A model generated the notes under the pieces. That model was given only the letters and a program-made list of their open reading frames with translations, did no database searches and had not been told where the DNA came from. A program made the position numbers and the translations under genes. From NCBI GenBank assembly GCA_963829055.1, contig CAWHHI010000005.1:128001-192000 (forward strand): 64,000 bases of DNA, in the 5' to 3' direction. Each line of letters opens with the position of its first letter. The stretch's first letter is position 1. Below, piece after piece: positions 34,701 to 45,582 of the stretch. The stretch is from an uncultured Gemmatimonadaceae bacterium (GTDB taxonomy: Bacteria > Gemmatimonadota > Gemmatimonadetes > Gemmatimonadales > Gemmatimonadaceae).

Positions 34701-34906
34701 GTTCCCGAACAAGTGGCTGCTGGGGCGGCGGCTCGCGCGCCTCGCTCACGCTCGCCGGCCGCGAGCTGCACACGTGGACCGAAGTACACGGGCACCGATC
34801 CCGAAGTGAACGCGAACAACATCGCGACCACCGCCGTCGCTCCAGGACCAGGGGCTCGATCCCGCCGCTCAGTCGCCTCATCGCGACCTTCAACCTCAGG
34901 TTCTGA
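31769..34906 (+). CDS. SusC/RagA-like TonB-dependent outer membrane protein 2 (heavily frameshifted)
   Basis: RBS aggag; same motifs as copy 1 ([48 protein letters not shown], ...ATFNLRF). Confidence 0.88.
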
Positions 34907-34909
34907 CCC

Positions 34910-36214
34910 ATGCGAACCCTCAAACTCGCACTGGCCACGTCGCTCGTCGCGGCCTCGGTCACGCTCGCTGGCGTGCACGGACTCACGAGCGCTCAAGCAG
35001 GAGAATCCGGGGCAGCTCGACGCGTCGCACGCTCGTACGTCCCGGCGAACGCGCAGCTGCTCGTCAACGGCGTCATCGCTGATTTCGAGTGCGCGTACTG
35101 CTCGCTACGTCGTCGGCAGCGGCCATGTTCACCGACGAGCTGACGAACGCGTATCTCGCAGTCGAACAACTTCGACTACGACCGCGCGCACGCTTGCTCA
35201 CGAACGCGCACGTACGGCAACGGCTACGTGCGCGCAACAAGCTCAGCAGCCGCCGCATCTACACGACGCTGTCGATCGCGCGCGTCCGCGGGCGACACGG
35301 TCGCCGCGCATCTGGAAGGCGTGGACCGATGCCGAGGTGCCCAACCGATCGAAGCTGATCGGCCAGGCGTCCGCGTACGCCGGCTACAGCCTCGTGCTGC
35401 TCGGCGAGGGCATGTGCTCCGCGGCGATCAACGTCGGTCCGGAGCTCACAGCCGGCGCAGCTCTTCGCCGAAGCGAAGACGCGATTCGACAAGGCGATCG
35501 CCGCGGCGACGACGGCGAACGATGCGGCAACGCTCAACCTCGCGACGCTCGGTCGCGCGCGGGCGCGAGCTCGACCTCGGCGACAAGGCCGCGGCCGCGG
35601 CGTCGACGCCGCGAAGATTCCGGCCAGACGTTCGTCGTCAACACCTCGACCGACGCCGTCAACGTCGCGCCGTCAGAACTTCGCGTTCCTCAGCGTCTCG
35701 AACCAGAGCTCCTGGGCCACGGTCGACACGTCGTTCCGCGGCGTGACGATCAACGGCGCGCCCGGACCCGCGCGTCGCCGTGACGAACGCGCAATCGCAA
35801 CGGAACGGTGGGCGTACCCATCTGGACGCCCGACAAGTACCCGTCGCTCGCGGCGACGATGCCGGTCGCACGCTACGCCGAGGCGCAGCTCATCGTCGCC
35901 GAGTCGAAGCTGGCGGCGAACGACATCCCGGGCGCGGTGACGGCGATCAACGCCGTGCGTGCGACGCGCGCCGGCGTGCCGGCGTACGACGCGACGGGAC
36001 AGACGGCGGCGCAGGTGCTGACGCAGATCATCGAGGAGCGTCGCCGCGAGCTCTTCCTCGAGGGGCATCGGCTCGGCGACCTGCGTCGCTACAACCTGCC
36101 GTTCTCCCGGCAGCGGGCACGCCGTTCCTGTCCGGCGGCACGTACGGCACGCAGACCTGCTTCCCGCTGCCGGACGTGGAGCGCATCAACAACCCGAACA
36201 TCGGAAACCCGTAG
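34910..36214 (+). CDS. SusD/RagB-like lipoprotein 2 (heavily frameshifted)
   Basis: NAQLLV..VIADFECA, ARYAEAQLIVAE, ERRRELFLEGHRLGD, CFPLPDVERINNP. Confidence 0.85.
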
Positions 36215-36216
36215 CA

Positions 36217-36372
36217 GTCATTCCGAGCGCGGTGTCATTCCGAGCGGAGCGGCGATCCGGCGCGTAGTCGAGGAATCGAGGCTCTGCTGGATAGAGGTCC
36301 CTCTACAAGACACGAATCGCGATTCCTCGACTCGCTTCGCTCGCTCGGAATGACAACTCGCTCGGAATGACA
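36217..36372. repeat. REP-like element, family A1, with duplicated ends
   Basis: gtcattccgagcg x2 ... gtcgaggaatcg / cgattcctcgac ... cgctcggaatgaca x2. Confidence 0.9.
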
Positions 36373-36404
36373 ACACTCCACGGACACCCTAGTCCAATAC
36401 GACT

Positions 36405-37537
36405 GTGCCTCGCCTAATCGTTGCTCCACTCGCCCTCGCGTTCGCGGTTTCGTCTGCCGCCGCGCAGGTCTCGCTGCCGCCGTTTCTGGAAGTGCGCGTG
36501 CCGAAGCCGCCAACCGTCGCGACGGCGGAGAGGCGGATCGTTCCTCGCGTACGAAGTGCACGTCACGAACTTCATGCCGCAGGCGGTGACGCTCAAGAAA
36601 GTCGACGTCATGTCGGCAGCTGGCGATCACCGCGTGCTGTTGTCGCTCAGCGACTCATTGCTCGTTCGAGCGGTGACCCGGCCCGGCGCCGCGCCGATGG
36701 GCGGGACCGAGCGTCTCAAGCTCGCGGGTGGCACACGCGCCGTCGTGTTCATGTGGGTTCCCGTGGAGACGAGCGGCGCGCCGAAGACGCATCCAGCATC
36801 GCCTAACGATCGAGACCGGCACGGGCGATAGCGCGAAGACCCAACAGCTCGACGCCTCGGTCGTGCCGGTGACGGCCGAGGCAGTGGTCATTGGGCCGCC
36901 GCTCGCGGCGGCGTGTGGCTCACCGGCAATGGGCCGGCAGCCGAGTCCGGCCACCGCCGCGCGCTCATTCCGGTGGGCGGCGTGCCGGCGATCGCGCAGC
37001 GCTTCGCGATCGACTACGTCATGGTCGGTGACGATAACAAGACGTTCACCGGTGACCAGCTCAAGAACGAGAGCTATCACGCGGAGGGCGTCGACGCACT
37101 CGCCGTCGCGAACGGCGTGGTCGTCGAAGTGAAGGACAGCATTCCGGAGAACATCCCGGGCGTCAACTCGCGCGCGGTCCCGATCACGCTCGAGACGGTG
37201 GGCGGGAATCACGTCGTCATCGACATCGGCGGCGGACACTACGCGTTCTACGCGCACGTCAAACCCGGCAGCCTCCGCGTGAAGCTCGGCGATAAGGTCA
37301 AGCGCGGGCAGGTCATCGCCCTGGTGGGCAATACCGGGAACTCGACAGAGCCGCACCTGCACTTCCACATCTCCGACGGCGATCTCGCCGTTAGGCAGCG
37401 AAGGCGTGCCGTACCGGTTCGAGTCGTTCGAGATCGTCGGACACTGCACGACGTTCAACATGGGGTGTCAGCGTTCGGCGCCGGTGACTCGTAAGGGTGA
37501 AGTACCACTCTCGAACGTGTTGTTGCGCTTTCCGTAG
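36405..37537 (+). CDS. Secreted M23 family metallopeptidase (frameshifted)
   Basis: HRR...AQRFAID, GNHVVID, FYAHVKPGS, GNTGNSTEPHLHFH (HxH). Confidence 0.85.
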
Positions 37538-37545
37538 CTCCGGTC

Positions 37546-37646
37546 TGTCATCCCGAGCGATAGCGACGAGGATCTTCTGTGAATGTCATTGTGGCCAGTC
37601 GGCTACGATGCTTCACAGGAGGTCCCTCGCTTCGCTCGGGATGACA
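37546..37646. repeat. REP-like element, family A2
   Basis: tgtcatcccgagcg...gtggccagtcggctacgatg...ggtccctcg..cgctcgggatgaca. Confidence 0.9.
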
Positions 37647-37671
37647 ACATCACATCCTCGTGTGGCTATCA

Positions 37672-39333
37672 ATGACTCTTCGCTTCGTTCGATCCTCGCT
37701 CGCCGTCGTCGCCACTGCGTACTCTGCTCGACGATCGCCGTCGCACAAGCGCCCGCCGCGACCTACGACGTCGTCATCCGCAACGGCCGCGTGCTCGACG
37801 GCGCCGGGCAATCCGTGGATTCTCGCCGACGTCGGCGATCAAGGACGGACGCTTCGCGAAGATCGGCCGCATTGCGCGAGCGCGGCACGAACGCGAGATC
37901 GACGCGACCGGCAAGTACGTCTCGCCCGGCTGGATCGACATGATGGACCAGTCGGGCGGCGTGCTGCCGCGGAACGGACTGGCCGAGAACAAGCTGCAGG
38001 CAGGGCGTGACGACGGCGATCGGCGGCGAGGGCGGAACGCCGGTGCCCGCGCAGTCGCGGTCGCCGAGTATTTCGACGACGCTCGAGAAGCAGGGCATCA
38101 GCATCAACTTCGGCAGCTACTTCAGCGAGACGCAGGCGCGCAGCGCCGTGCTCGGCATGTCGGCCCGCGCAGCCGAACGCCGGCGGAGCTCGACCGGATG
38201 CGCGCGATCATGGACACGGCGATGCGCGGCGGCGCGATGGGCATGACGACCGCGCTCATCTATCCGCCGAGCGAGCTACGCGACGACCGACGAGCTGATC
38301 GAGGTGGCGAAGGTCGCCGCGAAGTACGGCGGCGTCTACGCGAGCCACATTCGCGGCGAAGGCCAGGAGGTCGTGCAGTCGGTGAGCGGAGCCGATCACG
38401 ATCGGCGAGAAGGGCGGGCATGCCGGTCGAGGTGTTCCATCTCAAGGTTGCGCACAAGCCGGGGTGGGGCATGCTGCATGGATTCCGTGCGCGCATGATC
38501 GATCGACGCGGCGCGCGCGCGCGGCGTGGACGTCGCGGCCGATCTCTACGTCTACACGGCGGGCGGCACTGGACTCGAGGCGACGATTCCGAGCTGGGCG
38601 TTCGAGGGCGGCAACGATTCGCTCAAGGCGCGGCTCGCGAATCCCGACGATCCGCGCGCGTCTCAAGCGCGAGCAGAAGACCGGCTCGCCGGGCTGGTGG
38701 AACATCATCGAGGCGGCGGGCGGCTGGGACGGCGTCGTGCTCGTCAACGCGCGCAACCCGGACAACGCGAAGTACGAGCAGAAGACGCATCGCGCAGATC
38801 GCGCGGAGCATGAACAAGGATCCCGCCGACGCCGCGATGGGATCTCGTGTCGCAGGGCAGCGGCCGCGTGATGGCGATCTACCACATGATGGGCGAGCAG
38901 GACATCGAGACGGCGCTCAAGTTTCCGTGGACGAGCATCGGCAGCGACGCCGGCGCCGTCGCGCACGTCGGCCAGCCGGACGAGACCGGGCCTGCCGCAC
39001 CCGCGCTCGCTTCGGCAACGCCCGCGCGTGATCGCCAAGTACGTGAAGGAGCGCCACGTGCTGACGCTGCGAGGAGGCGGTGCGCAAGATGACCGTCGTG
39101 GCCGGCGACGCGGATGCGTCTCGCGAATCGCGGCATCGATCAAGGAAGGCAACTGGGCCGACGTCACGATCTTCGACCTCGACACGCTGCAGGATCGCGC
39201 GACGTACGAGAAGCCGATGGAGTTCCCGACGGGCATCGAGTAGGTGCTCGTGAATGGCGTGGTGACGATCGATCACGGCAAGCACACCGGCGCGAAGGCG
39301 GGCAAGGTGCTCTACGGACCCGGCAAGCAATAA
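37672..39333 (+). CDS. N-acyl-D-amino-acid deacylase family amidohydrolase (frameshifted; in-frame TAG at 39241)
   Basis: YDVVIRNGRVLDG, VSPGWID, YASHIRGEG, FHLK, SIGSD, ADVTIFD...DRATYEKP...GIE*VLVNG. Confidence 0.85.
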
Positions 39334-39362
39334 GTAGAAGTCAGGCGGTTCTGAACTGCGTC

Positions 39363-39592
39363 CGGCAACCATCTCAGACGAAAGGCGAACGGATTTTACC
39401 GGATCTGACGGATTGATTCCGGGAGCGCGATAGACGCTGTTGCAACAGCATGCAAAGGGTGAACGGCCTCGGGATGCAGGAGTGTCCCGAGGCCGTTCAC
39501 CCTTTTTCACAGCTCATGCGCAAGCATTTGTCTCGTATTCGGAGTCAATCCGCAAGATCCCCGGCATCCGTTCGCGTCCTACGTCTGAGATG
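39363..39592. repeat. Family B element with an internal perfect 21-bp hairpin (39454-39505)
   Basis: ccatctcagacg...cgtctgagatg arms; inner aaagggtgaacggcctcggga/tcccgaggccgttcacccttt followed by Ts. Confidence 0.85.
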
Positions 39593-39728
39593 CGTGCCTC
39601 CGCAAAACTACGGAGGCGAGCCTCCGGTTCAATGCGAGTGCCCCGCTCTCTCGACGCGCGCTATCGTAAGCGAGCAGCGTCGTTGCTGTTCGCGACGCGA
39701 AGTCACAGCGTGCGGAGAAGGCGAACCG

Positions 39729-41054
39729 GTGCAGCTCGTCGCCGTCGGAATCAACCACACAAGCTCGTCCGTCAGTCTCCGTGAACGGTTCGCGGTAACG
39801 ACAGACGCGATTCCCGAGCTGTCCGGGCAGCTGCGCGACCGCGTGGCCGAGGCATTCGTCCTCTCGACCTGCAACCGCGTCGAGCTGTACGCGGTATGCG
39901 GCCACGAGTCATCCGGGGCCGACGTGCTTCGCGACGTTCTCGCGTCGTACGGGAATCTTCCGGTCGCCACCGTTCGGCAGGCGAGCTACGCGTACGGACA
40001 CGAGTCCGCGGTACGCCACCTGTTCCGCGTCTCGGCCGGGCTCGACTCGATGGTCCTCGGCGAGAACGAGATTCTGGGCCAGGTGCGCAGGGCACTCGGC
40101 GCCGCGCGCGAGGCCGGCATGACCGGCCCCATCCTCGACCGACTCGGCGACGCCGCGCTTGCGTGCGGCAAACGCGTGCGCACCCTGACGACGCTCGGGC
40201 GGAATGCAGAGTCGATGACCGCTGTTGGCCTTCGGATGTTGGCTCGCGTGCGTGGCGGGCTCGATGGTGCGCACGTCGTCGTGCTTGGGGCAGGTGAGAC
40301 GGCGAGGCAGGTCGTCGAGCAACTGGCGTGCGTCGACGACGCGCGTGTGACGGTGGTGAATCGCACGCCGGCCCGTGCCCTCGCGCTGGCCACATCACCT
40401 AACGTGACGGCGATCCCCTGGGACGACCTTCCTGCGTCGCTCGCGACCGCCGATGTCGTGATCGGATGCACGGCATCGCCTGCGCCGCTGCTCTATGCGT
40501 CCACGCTTTCGCACGCCCGCGAGACGAGCGACCGCGGGTTGGTGTGTCTGGACTTCGGCGTCCCTCGCGACATTGATCCGTCCGTCGCGTCGCTGCCCGG
40601 CGTCACGCTGATCGACGTGGACCGTCTTCGCGAGGAGGTCACGGTCCGCGACGCGGAGCGCACCCGCGAGGTCGCTCGTGCCGAAGCGATCGTGGGTGAC
40701 GAAGTCGAGCGCTACATGGACTGGTGGCGCGCGCGCGGTGTGACGTCGACGGTCGCGCGTCTGCACGCGCGGGCCGATGTGATTCGACGCGCCGAGCTCG
40801 AGCGGGCGTTGGCGCGTCTTCCAGGCCTAACGCCGTCCGAGCGTTCCGTGGTCGGCGAGCTGGCGTCGCGCGTGGTCGCGAAGCTCCTGCACGAGCCGAC
40901 GCTCGCGCTCAAGCGAGATCCCGAAGGCGCGAACATGGCCGTCGTCGTCGAGCGCCTGTTCGCCCTCGCCGACGCCGAACGCACGGCTGCGGCGACGCGC
41001 CGAGGAGATGTGCAGGCAGGACATGACTACCACAGGGAGACGATGGCATCGTGA
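39729..41054 (+). CDS. hemA: Glutamyl-tRNA reductase
   Basis: VGINH, LSTCNRVELY, GLDSMVLGENEILGQV, GAGETA, VPRDID, KLLHEP. GTG start inferred. Confidence 0.95.
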   Translation: MQLVAVGINHTSSSVSLRERFAVTTDAIPELSGQLRDRVAEAFVLSTCNRVELYAVCGHESSGADVLRDVLASYGNLPVATVRQASYAYGHESAVRHLFRVSAGLDSMVLGENEILGQVRRALGAAREAGMTGPILDRLGDAALACGKRVRTLTTLGRNAESMTAVGLRMLARVRGGLDGAHVVVLGAGETARQVVEQLACVDDARVTVVNRTPARALALATSPNVTAIPWDDLPASLATADVVIGCTASPAPLLYASTLSHARETSDRGLVCLDFGVPRDIDPSVASLPGVTLIDVDRLREEVTVRDAERTREVARAEAIVGDEVERYMDWWRARGVTSTVARLHARADVIRRAELERALARLPGLTPSERSVVGELASRVVAKLLHEPTLALKRDPEGANMAVVVERLFALADAERTAAATRRGDVQAGHDYHRETMAS

Positions 41055-41779
41055 CCAGCTCGCTGATCGCGACGGGTACGGAGACGCGCACTGAGGAGGC
41101 GGCGCCGGTCGCCTCGCAATTCGTGCAGTACCTGTTTCTCAAGGTCGATCCACAGTGGCGACGGCTCGGCGCGCCGGAACGCACGCGCGGTCGCGCCGAG
41201 TTCGCAGAGGTGGTCACCGGCGCAGAGCGCTCGGTCACGACGTACGCGTACAGCACGCTCGGTCTCAAGACCGGCGCGGAGCTCATGCTGTGGTGGAAGA
41301 GTGACGACCCCGCGGTGGTGCAGGACACGCTCGCCGCGCTTCTCTCGACGGGGCTCGGCCGCTACTGCGAGGTCGCGCACTCGTTATGGGGGCTGACGCG
41401 ACCGTCGATCTACACGAAGCGGCGCACCACGCAGGAGCAAGCGATCGACGAGACCACTCGCCTCCGGTACCTGGTCGTGTACCCGTTCACGAAGACGATC
41501 GAGTGGTACCTGATGAGCCGCGAGGCGCGACAGGGAATGATGAACGAGCACATGCGCATCGGTCATGACTTCGGCGACGTGCGTCAGGTGCTGCTCTACA
41601 CGACGGGACTCGACGATCAGGAGTTCATCGTCGCGTACGAGACGGAGACGCTCGAGCGACATCAGGATCTCGTGATCGCGCTCCGCTCCACCGAGGCGCG
41701 CCGCTACACGCTCCGCGACACACCGATCTTCACGGCGGTGCACCGGCCGTTGCCGGAAGCGCTCGCGCTCGTCGGCTGA
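41051..41779 (+). CDS. chdC: Coproheme decarboxylase (HemQ; chlorite dismutase superfamily)
   Basis: YPFTK matches the Y-P-(M/F)-x-(K/R) motif; WY, MMNEH (proximal His), GLDDQEF. Gln rather than the Cld distal Arg in VRQV. Heme operon context. Confidence 0.85.
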   Translation: MTSSLIATGTETRTEEAAPVASQFVQYLFLKVDPQWRRLGAPERTRGRAEFAEVVTGAERSVTTYAYSTLGLKTGAELMLWWKSDDPAVVQDTLAALLSTGLGRYCEVAHSLWGLTRPSIYTKRRTTQEQAIDETTRLRYLVVYPFTKTIEWYLMSREARQGMMNEHMRIGHDFGDVRQVLLYTTGLDDQEFIVAYETETLERHQDLVIALRSTEARRYTLRDTPIFTAVHRPLPEALALVG

Positions 41780-41793
41780 CGCGGCAGATCGAC

Positions 41794-42874
41794 ATGACAC
41801 CCTCTCCGCTGCTCGTCCGCGCCGCCAGGCGCGAGCCCGTCGATCGCACACCCGTCTGGTTCATGCGTCAGGCAGGCCGCATCCTGCCCGAGTATCGCGC
41901 GCTCCGTGAACGCCTGACGCTGATCGAGATATCGCAGCGCCCGGAGGTGGCGGTCGAGGTGACGCTGCAGCCGCTGCGCCGCATGCCGCTCGACGGAGCC
42001 ATTCTCTTCGCCGACATCATGACGCCGCTCCTCGGCGCCGGCGTCCCACTCGATATCGTGGACGGCGTCGGGCCGGTGATCGAGTCGCCCGTGCGGGATG
42101 AGGCGGCGGTGCGCGCACTGCCGGCGCTCGAGCCGGAGCGCGACGTGCCCCACGTGCTGGAAACGGTGCGCCTGCTCCGCCGTGCGCTCGACCCCGACGT
42201 GGCGTTGATCGGGTTCGCCGGTGCGCCGTTCACGCTCGCGTCGTACCTGATCGAAGGGACGGCCGTCGCGCGACTTCGTGCGCACGAAGTCGCTCATGTA
42301 CGGGGCGCCGGACACCTGGCGCATGCTGATGCACCGGCTCACCGAGCTCACCGTCGCGTATCTCCGCGCGCAGATCTCGGCCGGCGTCGACGCGGTGCAG
42401 CTGTTCGACAGCTGGATTGGCGCGCTGAGCCCTGAGGACTACGCGCGCTACGTCCAGCCGTTCATGCGACGGATCTTCACGTCGTTAGGTCCGGCGGGTG
42501 TGCCGATGATTCACTTCGGCGTCAACACCGCCACACTGCTCGAGGAGATCAGCAGTGACGGCGCGGGCGTGATCGGTCTCGACTGGCGTATCCCGCTGGA
42601 CGAAGGCTGGGCTCGCGTAGGACATAACCTCGCTGTGCAGGGTAACCTCGACCCCGTCGCGCTGTTCGCGCCGAACGACGTGCTCGAGGCGAAGGCGCTG
42701 GACGTCCTCGAACGCGCGGGGAGACGCCCGGGCCACATCTTCAATCTCGGTCACGGGGTGCTGCCCGGAACCCCACTCGACAACGCGATCCGGCTCGCCG
42801 AGTTCGTGCGCGACGAAAGCGCGCGCATTCGCGAGCACGAATCGGTCCTCGCATCCCGCGCGAATAACTCATGA
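41794..42874 (+). CDS. hemE: Uroporphyrinogen decarboxylase (one frameshift near 42260)
   Basis: [52 protein letters not shown]. Confidence 0.95.
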
Positions 42875-43821
42875 GCACACCAACTGGCGTCCTGCTACTC
42901 GCGTACGGGTCGCCCGAGACGCCCGATCAGGTCGAGCCATACTTCCGACACATTCGTGGCGGACGTACGCCGTCGCCGGAAGCGGTCGAGCATCTCCGTC
43001 ACCGCTACGAGTTGATCGGTGGTCGGACGCCGCTGCTCGCCATCACGACCGACACCGCGCGCGGCTTGCAGGCCGCGCTCGACCAGCGCGCGCCGGGCGA
43101 GTATCGCACGTACGTGGCGATGAAGCACTGGCACCCCTACATCGCCGACGTCATCCCGCGTCTCGCCGCCGACGGCATCCGTCGGGTCATCGCGATCGTC
43201 CTCGCGCCCCACTACTCGCGCATGAGCGTCGGCGGCTATCGGCAGTATGTCGAGCAAACCATCGCGAACCTCGACGCGCCCATGGAGCTGACGTTCGTCG
43301 AGACCTGGCACATGCAGCCGGAATTCCTCGAGCTCATGAGCGCACGAGTGCGAGAAGGTCTCACGCAGTTCCCTCGAGGAGAGAACGTGTGCGTGCTGTT
43401 CAGCGCCCACAGCCTCCCGGTACGCATCAGAACGTGGGACGATCCCTACGAGGCGCAGCTCAACGCGAGTTGCGTCGCTGTCGCACGGCACGCGCAATTA
43501 CGCGATTGGCGGTTCGCGTGGCAGAGCGCCGGCGGCACCGGCGAACCATGGCTCGGCCCCGACATCGTCGACTATCTCCACGTGCTTCACAGCGAGGGCG
43601 TCCGCAACGTCCTGTCCGTGCCGATCGGCTTCGTGTGCGAGCATCTCGAGGTGCTCTATGACATCGACCACGAAGCGGCACAGAAGGCTGCAGCGCTCGG
43701 CATGACGCTCCGCCGGACCCGCATGCCCAACGCGACGCCCGAGTTCATCGCCGTGCTCGACGCGCTCGTCGCCGAGGCCGAGCAGACGGCGGCACGCACC
43801 GAGCTCACCGCGGCGCCGTAG
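42871..43821 (+). CDS. hemH: Ferrochelatase, Bacillus-like coproporphyrin ferrochelatase (CpfC) type
   Basis: LLAYGSP, HIRGGR, RY..IGG.TPL, LAPHYS, FSAHSLP, WQS...PWLGPD, PIGFVCEHLEVLYDID. Confidence 0.92.
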   Translation: MSTPTGVLLLAYGSPETPDQVEPYFRHIRGGRTPSPEAVEHLRHRYELIGGRTPLLAITTDTARGLQAALDQRAPGEYRTYVAMKHWHPYIADVIPRLAADGIRRVIAIVLAPHYSRMSVGGYRQYVEQTIANLDAPMELTFVETWHMQPEFLELMSARVREGLTQFPRGENVCVLFSAHSLPVRIRTWDDPYEAQLNASCVAVARHAQLRDWRFAWQSAGGTGEPWLGPDIVDYLHVLHSEGVRNVLSVPIGFVCEHLEVLYDIDHEAAQKAAALGMTLRRTRMPNATPEFIAVLDALVAEAEQTAARTELTAAP

Positions 43822-43829
43822 GCTATCGC

Positions 43830-44768
43830 GTGGCGTCGAACCGCACTCTGGTCGTCGGCACGCGCGGGAGCCCACTCGCGCTCACGCAGACCGCATCAGT
43901 CATCGACGCCCTGCGCGCGGCACATGCGGGGCTCGACGTGCGCGTCCAGCGCATCACCACGAAGGGCGACGTGCTGCGCGACGTGCCGCTCGCCACGTTA
44001 GGTGGCCGAGGGGTGTTCGTGGACGCGATCGAGGAAGCGCTGCGAGGGAAGGAGATCGACCTCGCGGTGCACAGCGCGAAGGACCTTCCGTCGCGCGTGC
44101 CGCCCGATCTGGCGATCGCCGCGTTCCTCGAGCGCACCGACCCGCGCGATGTTCTCGTGTCGCGCGCCGGGTCGTTAGGCGAGTTGCCGCTTGGTGCGCG
44201 CGTCGGCACGAGCAGCGTTCGTCGCGTCTCCGCCCTTCGTGCGCTCCGGCCCGACCTGGAAACGCCCGACCTCCGCGGCAACGTGGACACGCGCCTGCGC
44301 AAGCTCGACGCCGGTGACTACGACGCGATCGTGCTCGCCGGTGCAGGGTTGTTGCGACTCGGGCTCGAAGCCCGCGTGACCGAATGGCTCTCGGTCGACG
44401 CGATGCTGCCGTCGCCCGGCCAGGGCGCGTTGGCCGTGGAGGTCCGCGGCGACGATCCGGAAGTCTGGGATCTCGTGCAGCCACTCGCGCACTCGCCGAC
44501 CGCCATCGCACTCGCGGCGGAGCGCGGCTTCCTCGCGCGACTGGGCGCCGGATGCTCGGCGGCCGTCGGTGCGTACGGCACCGTCGGCGCTGACGGCCAG
44601 GTGACGCTGCGCGCGATGATCGGCGCGCCTGATGGCCGATCGGTGACAGGAACGGAGAGTGGCGCCGGTGCGTCTGCCGAAGCACTCGGAGAGCGGCTGG
44701 CCAACCGGCTGCTGGCTGCTGGCGGCCGCGAGATCGCGGCGGAAGGGCAGCGCTGGAGCGTCGCGTGA
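43830..44768 (+). CDS. hemC: Hydroxymethylbilane synthase
   Basis: GTRGSPLA, TKGD, DLAVHSAKD, GTSSVRR, RGNVDTRL, GQGALA, LGAGCS. Confidence 0.96.
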   Translation: MASNRTLVVGTRGSPLALTQTASVIDALRAAHAGLDVRVQRITTKGDVLRDVPLATLGGRGVFVDAIEEALRGKEIDLAVHSAKDLPSRVPPDLAIAAFLERTDPRDVLVSRAGSLGELPLGARVGTSSVRRVSALRALRPDLETPDLRGNVDTRLRKLDAGDYDAIVLAGAGLLRLGLEARVTEWLSVDAMLPSPGQGALAVEVRGDDPEVWDLVQPLAHSPTAIALAAERGFLARLGAGCSAAVGAYGTVGADGQVTLRAMIGAPDGRSVTGTESGAGASAEALGERLANRLLAAGGREIAAEGQRWSVA

Positions 44769-45568
44769 GTACTCTCGGTGCTCAGACCGCGCTCGGCACA
44801 CGCCCGCTCGAGGGAAAGCGGATCGTGCTCACCCGCGCGCGCGCGCAGGCCGGAGACTTCGAGGCCCGTATCAGGGCGTTAGGCGGTGAGCCCGTGCTGG
44901 CACCCGCCATCGCCATCAGGTCGCCGGAATCGTGGATCATCGTCGACGCCGCCCTCCGGCGTATCGAAACCTACGACTGGGTCGCATTCACCAGCACCAA
45001 CGCGGTGCACGCGCTCGTCGGCCGAGCGCAGGCGATCGGCGTGGCTCGCGGATTCGTGAGCAGTAGACGACTTGCTGTGGTCGGCCCCGCCACCGCCGCC
45101 GCGGTCACCGCCAGCCTGCGCCCGCCCGACGTGGTTTCGTCGACGCAGACCGCGGAAGCACTCGCGCGCGACATTGCCGACGTGGAGAATGCCCGGATTC
45201 TCTTTCCACGTGGGGACCTCGCGGGCGACGCGTTACCCGGCGGCCTCCGTTCGCGCGGCGCGTTCGTGGACGACGTGATCGTCTATCGCACTGTTCCCGG
45301 CGACGGGATCGAGACGATCGCGTCGCTCGTCAGGAGCGGCGGAGCCGACGCCCTCTTGTTCACCAGCCCCTCCGCCGTGCGCTTCGTCGCCGACGCACTG
45401 GGCGGCGATCCTGTCGGCGAAGCAGTCGTCGTCTGCATCGGCCCCGTCACCGCCGACGCCGCGCGTTCCGCCGGATTCGAGCCCGCACTCGTCGCCGAGT
45501 CCGCGACGCAGGACGACCTCATCGATCACGTTGCGAGATGGTTCGCTGCACGCAGCCGCGGCCATTGA
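44765..45568 (+). CDS. hemD: Uroporphyrinogen-III synthase
   Basis: [41 protein letters not shown]. Confidence 0.92.
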   Translation: MSTLGAQTALGTRPLEGKRIVLTRARAQAGDFEARIRALGGEPVLAPAIAIRSPESWIIVDAALRRIETYDWVAFTSTNAVHALVGRAQAIGVARGFVSSRRLAVVGPATAAAVTASLRPPDVVSSTQTAEALARDIADVENARILFPRGDLAGDALPGGLRSRGAFVDDVIVYRTVPGDGIETIASLVRSGGADALLFTSPSAVRFVADALGGDPVGEAVVVCIGPVTADAARSAGFEPALVAESATQDDLIDHVARWFAARSRGH

Positions 45569-45582
45569 GGAGCAGTCACGGA

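Noticed and set aside
39241..39243. In-frame TAG in the deacylase (GIE*VLVNG) as pyrrolysine or readthrough
   Set aside because: An aromatic residue (TAC or TGG) is expected here and is one base away, the region is error-rich, and no pyl genes are visible.
9365..39333. Mass pseudogenisation or programmed frameshifting in the many split genes
   Set aside because: Indels are single-base and patchy, also hit housekeeping genes (hemE, hemL), and leave motifs and codon bias intact. Long-read consensus error is the simpler explanation.
39450..39728. Long N-terminal ORF extensions on hemA (and similarly at 4363, 8973, 22928, 51160)
   Set aside because: They run through repeat or intergenic DNA. 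Homology and plausible starts lie downstream.
41051..41779. True chlorite dismutase
   Set aside because: It lacks the distal Arg, has the ChdC Y-P-F-x-K motif, has no signal peptide and sits in a heme operon.
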